The notes beneath the pieces are model-generated. The model worked only from the letters and a program-made list of their open reading frames with translations. It was not told the origin of the DNA and did not search any database. Both the position numbers and the translations under genes were made by a program. Below, in pieces: positions 36,450-47,297 of a stretch of DNA of 64,000 nucleotides. Origin of the DNA: Lingula anatina. Lineage: Eukaryota > Animalia > Brachiopoda. The DNA lies in contig CM120642.1 in NCBI GenBank assembly GCA_051362555.1, positions 28,768,001 to 28,832,000 of the forward strand. The letters are read 5' to 3'. How positions within the stretch are numbered: position 1 is the stretch's first letter; every line of letters begins with the position of its first letter.

Positions 36450-39400
36450 TCACGTTAATAACTTCTCCGCCAGGATCGCCCGTCTCTCGCGGATCAGGCG
36501 CAATATGTCGTCTGCAAACTCCTCCACGGTGTTAAACCGGACCTTTTGGAAGTCAAACATGTCTTGAATAAAACCCAGAACTTGGCCCTGTTACATGAAA
36601 AATAGAAATAGAAAACATCTTCAACGTGATTCGGTGAAAACGGTGATTTCTTCAGCTTAGAGATTTCAAGTGATCTCTATAAATTGTGTAGGTTTAAAGA
36701 GCGAGCATAAGCTCGATATGCTAGAGTATCTTTTTATTATTCATGTGATGCTTTCAATGATAAAGCTATTAAAAACAAATAAACTTTTTTTTTGATTCTT
36801 ATGTATCAAAACACTAAAACAGCACAATTGATTTTTTTTAACTAATGTCAATGGATAAAACTTAAAATGTTTAATAAATGATACGAGAGAAAAAAAAATG
36901 ATTTAAACCCATATGATTTAAAAAAAATACCCCTCACTTCCTCCTTATTGACCCGTTGGGATTCAACCCACATAATATTATGTGGAAAAAATATTGTTTA
37001 ATGGGCAATGGACCACAGACAGCAAATAAAATTAAGTGGAAAGAAGATGGGGGAAAAAACCTAAATTCTTCACCTCGAAGAAGAAACACAGATTTCCCAT
37101 TTCCTCCACAGAAAGAAGAGGGTAAAAAAAAACTTAATTCTGTACCTTGAAGAAGAAACACAGATTTCTCATTTCCTCCACTGGCCCCATGAACCCCCAG
37201 GCCAGCACTGGGCTTACTGTCTCTGATATGGCATAGAAGTGGGCCATGAACCCGTCTGAGAACTGAAACAGAGGAAAAATAGATAGTAGTACATACATAT
37301 GAGGCTCAAATATATTATTATATGCACAGCTGTTATAAAATTGTTCTAAAACAGACAAACAAAAAGGTACTGTAAAATTTACGATGCAATGGAGTGATTA
37401 ATAACTTGTAAATGTTTGACACTCTAGCTATTAATCTCAGGGAATGTTTCAATTTCTACAAAATATTCTGTTGAATATAAACAGCTACCTAGAGTTAATT
37501 GTTAATTTCTGGGTAAATCAAAAGTGACACATTTTGCCTGCTCACTACCATTACCACCTCAAATGATGCAGCATTAATACCACTATGGTAATGAGTTGTA
37601 TATTTCCTCATATTTCTAATGGAAGGCTAATAATACCCATGTGTAGCGTAGTTAATAAATCACCAAGCACCCTCTTTCATGTAACAAATCTGTTTTGACT
37701 ACTTCATTCATATTCTGCTTATGCTTATGCTCCTTTATGTTGTATAGTTATCTGAACAGTTAGGTCTACTTGCCCACTGGACAGTTATGTCTATATGCTA
37801 CTGGACATTGGTCAGTTACCTTTAACATACTCCTCTTTGCTTTGAGCACTGACCACACAGCGGTGGCCAGCGCTGTCTCTTTAAACCCATTTGACAGCCA
37901 CCTGTTCTCCATGACGGAGGTCAGAGAGCTGGGTGGATTCTGGAGGTCGTCGAAGGCATCCATTAAGATGAAGTCCAGGGCCACGTCATAAAATGTGATG
38001 GCTCTCACCTAGAAAGTCAAAAGAGCAAGTTTTAGGTCCAGAAATAGGGTCTGTTTGTAAAATGTTAAATGAAAAATATCACATTTACAACCTGAAGACC
38101 TGTTTGGCTGTGCCACAGTTAAAAAAAAAAAACAGAGAAAACAACAAAGATGAAATCATGTCTAGCCAGAAAAAACAAGGTCACTGAAATGTGTGTGCAT
38201 GCGTGCACGCAGGGAAGTGTGCTTGCATGTGTGTGTACTTACCCCTCGTCCCTTCATCAGCTCCTCTTCAACCTGGGCCATGTTATCTGGATTTTTGATA
38301 TAAGCCATCATTTCATCATAAGAAGTGTAAAAGTCTTCTGGATCCTGAACAAAACACATAAATTTAAGCAATTTTAAACTCAAAATAGAAACCAAGAATA
38401 TATGTATACATATATCTTATTCTATTTTAATGCTGTGAAAGCAAATTTTAAACCAATCATGATCCTTTTCAAACATAAGTGAAACAATGAATTTCATATT
38501 TTTTTCAGCAGCTGAGCAATTTTTATTCAGAATGGGCTTGGTGTGTTTGTTGACAGAGGCACTTGCTAAATATGGTTCAAAGAATCACTAGCACCAGTTT
38601 GCTGTTCTACTTCAGACTGCAAGTTACACTATGCTGGATCTGTTAGTATTTCATAGGGGTACTTTGCTTCTTGTGACATCAATTTTTTAAACAATTCCCC
38701 TGGCGATTTTTAAAATGGGCATGTGCCAATCTGTTGGGCATGTCGGTCACTGTCTTACACCACAATGCAATTTAAGTCACAATATTTATGTGTTTAAGTG
38801 GTTACTGTACGAGAGACCTTGTGCCATTGTGTTAGGTGTGACAGAGGTCATTATTGGTGTGACATAACTCATTGTGTTGGGTGTGACGTACCCTGTCAGC
38901 CTTGATGAGTATTGAACTAATAAATTCTTTCCCTGTTTCTTCTATCCACTCTCGTATGCTGTGATCTTTTAATAATTCCTGTTGTAATGAAACAAAGACA
39001 CTCATTTATACTCAACCATTTAAATATACAGATAAAATGGAAATGTAAAAACCAGTTATTGGGGTTTTATTTTTAAGTTCAAAATTAAATTTAAAGATTT
39101 TAAATTGAAATTAGTAAGAATATTCTGATCATCCTCTTTTCTTTGTCAGCAAATAATTACAATTTAAAAAAATCAATTGCGAAAGATAATGAACAATACC
39201 AAAAAATCAATGAAAAAAACATAACTAATTCCTAAAACCCACCCCCAGGGCCAGCCTGACACAGTGGAGCTTGGCTAAAAACTCTGCATCTGAGCTGCAA
39301 TTTAATGTTTTTGTCCTGAAATGAACGATTTAGTATATAGATAAAAAATAACATTATATTTACTATCTGCTGCCAGTAATACTTAATGCTCACAACATTG

Positions 39401-42400
39401 AAATCCAACTACAATTCAATGAAGTGATGAGTTCTAGGCGTCAAGAAAAATGGATTTATTTCACTGTAATTAAAATACAAAATGTTTAATAATTTTTAAT
39501 TTATTATTATTCAAATTACTCAGAGCATCAATTAGCTTCAAGTAAATGCCATTAAATATATCCATTCCTTCAGGTTCACACCTATAGCAATCTCACCTCA
39601 GTGTTCTACATGGAATGCTGCCAAATTTAAGTTCTAAAAGTCCAGCTTCATACAGTGCCCTTTGTTTGTGGTGTAAAGTCCTCAAAGTGTCCAAGTCGGA
39701 GAGGTCTGGTGTCTGAAATAATTATATAAATATTTTATGAACAAAATGACTTTTATATTTGCCCTTTTCTACCCACTTTTTTTTCAAAACTCAAAACGTC
39801 TCAGAAATAATAAACTAACAATCTTTTTTATTGCTGTTGTTCTATCATTTACTCACATTGCTGTACAAGACCCGTCTTCTCATTCAAATAATATTTCTTT
39901 ATGAACTTGGCATGACAAAACTGTTGTCAAAAAAAAACCACAAGGATATTCTTTACATTTAAAAATTTTCTGACTCTAATCATGAAGTATTCCCTTTGTA
40001 CCACAAGAAAACAACTAGACCTCTCACCTCTGCTGCAGAGAAATACGACCCCTCATCTTCATCATCGCTGGACCCCTCGTCACCCCGCGATGCCTTCTGT
40101 TTCAGCTCATACTCGCGGTTCATATCTGCCAGTGCTGCCATTGCTGTGTCCAGTGCTGCGCTGTCCACCTGCCGGACAACCGTGCGCTCGTACTCGTCCT
40201 GTATACCATACGCCTTGTCCAGCAGGTCGCTGATTTGCTGTCTCAGATCTGTGGCTGATAGTTCCTAGAATAATAAGAAACAAACATCAAGTATTCAAAT
40301 ACTTATTCATTATGCAATTATAAAATCCATTTGAAGTCAATTTTTTGCCACAAAAGCTGACCAAATGCCACCATATAGTTTCAATTAAGAAATATTTCAT
40401 TAAAATTCTGAAAGACATAGTTACATATTAAGTGAAAAATTATATTTGAATGGATTTTTCTGCTTGCATTCAGTGCTGTATATAAATGGGGTCAAACTGA
40501 CGACCAAAAATTTGAAGAAGGTGCTGTTTAAAGGTGCATTTAATGGCTGATCAAGGGACTAATTTAGTTTTATTCCTCATTGACTATATTTGAGTCGTAT
40601 AAGAAACTAGTAAAGTTGTTTATATGCATTACTGGGAATTCCAAAAACACTCCAATGTACCTTTAATATTTTAATGTTTTAGAATATATGAGGAAAGAGA
40701 ATGAAATATTCATAACAGGTTTTTTCCACATGTAGATACTGAATCAAGGCAACAGCTTTGAGGGAATCTTCAGCAAAAATTGTACCCGAGACTGAGAAAA
40801 AGCATTTACTTCCTAATCATAAGTTCTTCTTTTCCTAATATTTTAACATAAAAAAACCTTGTGGATAATGTGTACGTGCATGCGTGAATGCATGTATGTG
40901 CATGAATACAAACACACTGGCACTTCTCCTACGTCTTCCTTTTATTTTTTCTTTCTTAATTTATTTCTCTCTGATGCCAAGTTGAAACCACAAAATCCTG
41001 TCACAGGTGTCCAATAACTCACCACCCTCTCCCATCTTTTTAGTAGACTTTGACTCTGGCAGTTTGTATGTAGCAGACATATATCAAAGTAAAATATTTA
41101 AAAAAAAAAATAACAATAGTGCAACGACCCTCAAAACCCTGCTTGTCCTAAGTGGTTTACCAAAATATTAGAAGTTTTCTAGTCTCACCCATAAAATCCA
41201 TACAAAGGAAGAACTTAATTAAATACAAGGCAGCTTAATAAGTGGTAAAAAGTATAGACGTGATAGAAAAAAAACATTATAAACCAGTTTATCTTCATGT
41301 CACATCTCCTTCATCCTTGGTTGACCCTTCTCTAGGGTTTTCATCAGACATATCCTCATGACTATCAAGCCAGGTAGCTTCAGGGCAATTATGGTTACCA
41401 ACTTGCCAGAGATATGTTCTGATGTGTTTTGACTATTGATATCTTTGATATCTGTTAGTCGTTGATTGCATAATTTAACAACAAAAGATATCTATAAATA
41501 TAAAGATGTGATGGCCCTAACCCTGCAGCTACAAGTTGGCAGGTGTACACAGGTGAAAATGATATGTCAAAGGGCCACTCCACAGGATTTTCCTGCCAAA
41601 ATGGATTTACCTACTGGTAGGATGAAGAGCCATTTTGTCCTACTCAAGAACTATTGCTTGACCCATCCATGTACTTGTATTTGATGTTTTTTTCCAGCAT
41701 TCCCGCACTTTTGGCAGTCACGTGAGCAGGTAGTATAAAGTCCCCGCTCAATAATATTCTTTGTAAGTCACATGTCACGTCTTTTGGCAGTCACATGAGC
41801 GGGTAGTATAAAGTCCCCGTCCAACACTATTCTTTGTCATTATTCGCAATGCCACATTAATATGCATGTACAGGACTTAAGAAGGAATAAAGAAGCTGAT
41901 CCTTATGATATATAGTTGATTTTGTTCTGTGATACTCGGCTACATTCCTGTTTCGTCAAGATCTTTAAACACTGTATTTAATAGTTTCAACAGTTCATTT
42001 TGATTGAAAGATCTGAAATTACTTGCAAACTAAAACTTGTTGAATTTATTATTTAAATACAAGTCACACAATATATTTTCAAAAAAAAAAAAAAAAAATA
42101 CAAGGTACCTCACTTGGAATGAATAGGAGGTATTACACAAAATCAATTACTACATGCATCTTCTTGATAGTACCTGCTGCTTCCTAATACCTTTTTTCTT
42201 CCCATTCTCATCTAGACTTTAGAATACATTTAGATAACCCCACTAGAAATACAATGACATAACTCACTATGTGTTCTTGATTCCCATCAACATCGTCTAC
42301 TTGTTGGTCGACATCCAATTTTTCTAGGGCATCTTCCCAAACTCGGATTGCTGAAGACAGGGACTCCATACCTACAGAATAGATATGATAATAATGATAG

Positions 42401-44168
42401 TAATAAATACTGAAAATGAAACAAAATTGAACTTCTGTTTGGTATCATGGCAAAAATGTAATGTTGAAACGAAGTACTGAAACTACTGAATCTCCAAAAA
42501 CTGGCATATACTAAACATGTCAGGTAAAATATGTTTTGAATAAAAGAAAAACATATGACTAAATCTCACCTGCGCTGCTTTCAACATATCACCTCCCTGA
42601 TGCACTAAAACTTATTTTCTCTATTCCAAAACTAACTAATAATAATAAAAAAGACTTAATTCAACAAAAACAACCCATACCAGTAGTGTTAAAACACTTG
42701 ACAGTATCAATAACAATCACATTCATATTCACATAAATTCAGCAAATTCAACATCAGTCACTTTTGAAGATGTTCCAACTACTAAGTTAAGCCAACATCA
42801 CGCGGTCGTATTTTGTTTATGAGTAAGATGTTAAGATGATGTATCATCCCCAATATCGATGACAGGGGCCATAACCCTGTACAAGTAGCCAGCAGCTGAT
42901 CCTTTCCTTACAAGAAACATCTGACAAATCTCGAGTTGTACCTCACACCAAGATTCAAAGATAACACCTTGTACGTGCACAGTCAACCAGGGCTACAGAG
43001 AGAATTTCAGGGCAACAGGGTGCCACTCAAACCATTAATCAAACATAGGCACCACCCACTTCTCCAGTGCACCCACCCATTAAATTGACTTAAAGCCAGC
43101 AGCCAATCCTCTTCAGTGGTTTATCTCCCATGATTTGGAGATACAACCTAGTTGCACTCTCAATCAGGGCTACAGAGATGGCTGCAGGGCAACAGGTGAT
43201 ACTCAAACTATTATTCAAACACAGACACCGCCCACCTGTCCACTTAGTTTTTACTCATTTTGTCCAACCTACAGCTGTCACTCTATTCAAGCTCTAAGCT
43301 CTACCTTACAGGGTTTACTTAGTGAAAAATGCTGTTTATTCATGAACTTTTGCAAAATTCTATCAAAACGCAATCTTAAGCAAATATTTTCTGTGACAAT
43401 AAACACAAAGATATTTTTTCCTTGCGAGTTAAAAAGTGAAAATTATACTTTTTCTAAAAAAAATTCAGATATATCAAACATAAAGAATAAGACTTCTTAT
43501 TGATCATCTATCTTCTCATCACATCAAGAAGAAGACTTGTATTTGATGATCTACTCACCAATCTGACAGAGGTCCTGTGCTGACATAGAGCTGGTGTCCA
43601 CAGGGACTGGGGTATTACAGATAGTGGAGTGTGTACTGGTGGAGGCACCTCCCAGGCTGGACATGGAGTTGGACTTGTCTCTCACCAAAGATCTCGGGGA
43701 CTGGCTTCTCTTGACAATTACACTGGCTGATTTATTGGGAAGATCTAAAGAAGAATACCAATCACCTGTGCTAATACATATATACAGCACATTTGGATTC
43801 ATTATAATTTCATACAAAGAATTTAAATCATATTTAAAACAAAATAAAAACACTATAGAATGGCCCTGGCAATGCTCCAGGGAATGACTTACTGCTATTA
43901 AGTTATGTAGATAATAGCGTAGTACATCAACAGATAACAGTAAATAAATTTGGGCAATCTCCTCACCTCCATTGGGACTGAGCACTGGTGCTGGCACCGC
44001 TTTCTTCTCCAAAACACCACTCGGTCTTCTTGGAGGTGATGGTCGCTTTCTTCGACGGAAATAAGCTGCCAAAATCCCCATCAAGGCCACCCCCAGGGTC
44101 ACCGAGATTACCGTTACCCTCACTGGGTGGCTGATCCCACTCAGCTTGAGGTTACTGAAGTTAGGCAT
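36450..44168 (-). CDS. Miga: Mitoguardin (MIGA/FAM73), ~523 aa, 11 coding exons
   Basis: Exons 44168-43967, 43765-43559, 42371-42268, 40264-40028, 39712-39597, 39315-39243, 38978-38892, 38344-38243, 38008-37820, 37262-37146, 36587-36450 join in frame (1572 nt). N-terminal TM + RRRKR, GMESL...WEDAL, FFAT-like EDEGSYFSAAE, FYDVALDFILMDAFDDLQNPPSS, NRWLSNGFKETALATAVWSVLKAKR, SPVLAWGFMGP. Confidence 0.95.
37038..37181. repeat. 72-bp tandem duplication copying the 3' end and donor of a Miga exon
   Basis: GAAGAAGAAACACAGATTTC(C/T)CATTTCCTCCAC occurs at about 37077 and 37149. Confidence 0.85.
40532..40662. mobile_element. Kolobok-like MITE
   Basis: TTAA|AGGTGCATT ... AATGTACCT|TTAA: short TIRs with purine-purine starts and TTAA on both sides. 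Confidence 0.55.
41708..41838. repeat. Direct repeat, 73-bp period, 2 copies
   Basis: CTTTTGGCAGTCAC(G/A)TGAGC(A/G)GGTAGTATAAAGTCCCCG at 41708 and 41781. Confidence 0.85.
42980..43236. repeat. Diverged direct repeat, ~178-bp period
   Basis: CAGGGCTACAGAGA...CAGGGCAACAGG...ACTCAAAC...CACC(A/G)CCCAC occurs twice. Confidence 0.7.
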
Positions 44169-44590
44169 GCTGAGATTGGGGATTCTAAAAACAACGAAGA
44201 AGGTAGTTAATGTAATGCAGTTTAATAAAGCAAATTTGCAGCTTCAGATATTGCCTAATAAAATATACCGATGTTGACCATTTGTAGTTGATATCACAAC
44301 TAAATGAAGGACAATCAAATGGCATTTGAAAACTTGAGATATTCTAGCTTGGAATATACCTTTTGGGGTATTATATCAAAATGAAAAATATAATAATAAA
44401 ACATGCGTGCAATAGCTTACATTAAAGGAAATTTGGTATTTTGAAATGTGTGCTTAGCCAACATGATGTCAGATAAAGTTTCACAGACAACTTCTCCATT
44501 TGAATATAATAACATCCTGTCCTGAGTGGACATAAAATGACATCACATGCTCAATATCGATAATCAATCACCGATTTTGTGCATCTCTGC

Positions 44591-44830
44591 TATTCTTACA
44601 GTCGGCATGACGTCACAAGATGGCCGCCACGCCCGGACTAGGGTAAAACAATCTGTAAGCTCCATTACTCCCCATGTTAAAATGATCAACTTTGATCGTC
44701 TGTATCTCTCACACCGGTAGATAATTAAACTTGACAACTGTTTGATTATATTAACGTAGGTATTTAGTGTCAGGAAATGGCCATCAAAGACCTTTTCTAG
44801 CATTGATGCCGATTTTATCAGCGATTGAAA
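44591..44830 (+). repeat. Dispersed repeat, inverted partner of 46405-46857
   Basis: TATTCTTACAGTCGG (44591-44605) is the reverse complement of 46843-46857; GGACTAGGGTAAAACA is the reverse complement of 46789-46804; GGAAATGGCCATCAAA is also shared. Confidence 0.8.
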
Positions 44831-44956
44831 TGCACCTCTCTTACACTGTAATTATATGAGCTGCAGTTACAGTTCTGATCGTTTTTCAGGTAAGAAGTTC
44901 CAATGGCTTTGTTATCGGATGAATCTGTCCACTGACAGCGATTGAACAGAACTTAC

Positions 44957-45103
44957 CTGGATCCTCAAACAATCATAGAGCCCTCTGAGGTGGCTTAATT
45001 GGAAGAAAGTGATCTTATCAGTTGGTGTCATTGTAGCAAACAGAACTTAAACAGATATGATCTTCACAGGTGTGGTCATTGTATTTGTCTTTGAAAAGGG
45101 GAG
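44957..45103 (-). other. Candidate Miga 5'UTR exon carrying uORF starts
   Basis: Acceptor CTTTCTTTCAG and donor CAG|GTAAGT; has a stop in the Miga frame; ATG at 45031 is out of frame with Miga. Confidence 0.55.
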
Positions 45104-46404
45104 CTGAAAGAAAGCTCTAATGACAATTTACTAGCCTGATTTTATTACTGAAAGTACATGCCATTTTGAGAATTTAAACAATTTTTTCTAGTAATTTTTT
45201 AATACCCATGTTGCTGCAGACAGAATTGAGATCATGGACAGGAATAAAATTTTTACATACTCAATAAATCATTTAATTATTGTACTATGAAGTGTGTAAA
45301 TGGCAATAATGTGCTATTGGAACAGATAACTAATACTTTTTCTTTGTGATATTGCACACTTTCATCAAGAGGATAGAACGCAAGAAAGGCTATCAATGAA
45401 CATACTCCAGAATATGAACTGGAAGAAACAAGCGGGTGGAGCTGTTTGCTGAGTAAAATCTATTAATCAATTAGAAAAAACACTCAGCAATCAAATTTTT
45501 GTTATGGATTCAGTGTTTTTATCCTTTGGACATTACTGTTATATTTGCTTAAGTGTTTTATATCATAGAAATTCTAATTCATTTTTACTGTACAAATGTT
45601 AATTCAGAATGCAACTTTACAGCATATGTCAAGGAATTTTATAACTCCTTTCTTGCATACCTTATAGATAGAAATAAAATGTAAATTTAAAGTCGTTTTA
45701 TTGTATCTTTCATTTTGTTTAAGAATTCAAAGTGATTTATGACGGTTAAATATGCATTCAATTCTGATTTTTATAGATTGTACTTTGTATTGTGATATTG
45801 AGTCTGATGTTCTAAAAACGAAAATGAAATCACTACCTTATAAATTTATATAATTTTCTTTAAAAAAAAAACACCATGAATTTCATTTAGCATCAGAGTC
45901 AAAAATGATTTGTAGATTTTGACAACTTATAAAGATTTAAGTGAGGCTTTCATTCAAAACTTTTTGTTTAATTGGATAATTATGGATGAATCTATTTATG
46001 AAAAATAAATTTGGCAGGCCTCTAGTGAAATTTTTTACATTTTTGCAGAAATTATAAAAGCTGAAAAAGTATTCCATAGACTCTTCAAACGTAATCCAGA
46101 CAACAGTAGAAAAAGAAATTTTAATGAAAAACACAGCAGTGACAAATTAAAATTCTTTTTGAAAGCACATTAATTGCATTACTTGAGACACCTGCTTTGA
46201 ACACGACAGGTGAGCAATGCTACCCAATCCCCCTTTTCTTGCTTATCAAATTTTTCAAACTGAGACCTGTAAAAGCAATATGAATATAAAAGTTTTCTTT
46301 GTTTAGATAATGATTTGATTATACAAGAATTCTGACTGCATATTAATGAACTCGGCGCGTATAGGTCATAGTGTCCCAGTAGGAAAAATTGCTTTAAAAA
46401 TAGT

Positions 46405-46857
46405 ACACCACCATCGTTGATAAAGTCGCCACTGACGCCAGAAAATCATTTTGATGGCCATTTCCCTGAGCTAAATACGTAAGTGAATATCAACAAACAG
46501 TTGTCACGCGTATTTGTTTACAGATATACTTGATACAGACGATAAAATATGCCTATTACAACATGCATCTGGTGTAAACTGAAATTGCAGCCCGTTGGAG
46601 GAGTGTTGGTATTATCACTGATAAAATCACCATCAGCTCTAGAAAATCCTCCTGAGGCCCATTGACTGACGCTAAAAACCCTAGTGAATATAACCAAGTG
46701 GTTGTCACAAGTAATTGTCCTCTGGTCTGTTTGATATGAACGATCAAAGTTCACCAATTTAACATTGAGAGTAATGGGCGCAAGCCAATGTTTTACCCTA
46801 GTCCAAAATGAGAGCCTCGTTCTGGGTTCACTAATCCGGTAACCGACTGTAAGAATA
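46405..46857 (-). repeat. Dispersed repeat with internal ~200-bp duplication, inverted partner of 44591-44830
   Basis: Reverse complement aligns to 44591-44830; the block ATCGT...GACAAC...GATTTTCT...TTTATCA occurs twice. Confidence 0.75.
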
Positions 46858-46945
46858 ACTTCCAAGTGGAAAGCAAATTTCTTGAATTCAACGGGATGAT
46901 CAGTACAAAAATTACACTCTTACAAAGTTTTCAATGCAAACTTAC

Positions 46946-47297
46946 ACTTCCTTGGTTATTATGTCACATACTGTACTGTTTCAGCAATAAATAATGTTGG
47001 TAATTGACGGGAGTTTCGTTTCAACTATCTCGGGCACATAAACGTTATCACATTTTCTGAGAATGCAGCGTGACCTTCAAAACGGCCTTCAGAATATAGA
47101 GTTAGAAGAAATTGCAGATATTTTTTCGTATCTGCTTTATTGTTATTTTAAAAATAAAAGTTTTAATAAAGCCTATTTCTTTTCAATATTAAATAAAATT
47201 AAAAATTGAAAAAATATTTCCATGTTTTGGATGAAACATCAATGATTTAGAAAACAGAATCGCCTTCGCAACTACAATTCAAATCCGCTTCAAAACA
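46946..47297. promoter_or_regulatory. Probable bidirectional promoter region for Miga and INTS5
   Basis: Head-to-head genes; minus-strand donor AGT|GTAAGT ending at 46946 (candidate Miga exon 1); INTS5 ATG at 47298; partial ZNF143/THAP11-type ACTACAATTC at 47271-47280. Confidence 0.45.

Noticed and set aside
41295-41491. Acceptor-like TTTATAG followed by ~60 open codons in a Miga intron
   Set aside because: No recognisable homology, weak pyrimidine tract; exons 42268 and 40264 already join in frame.
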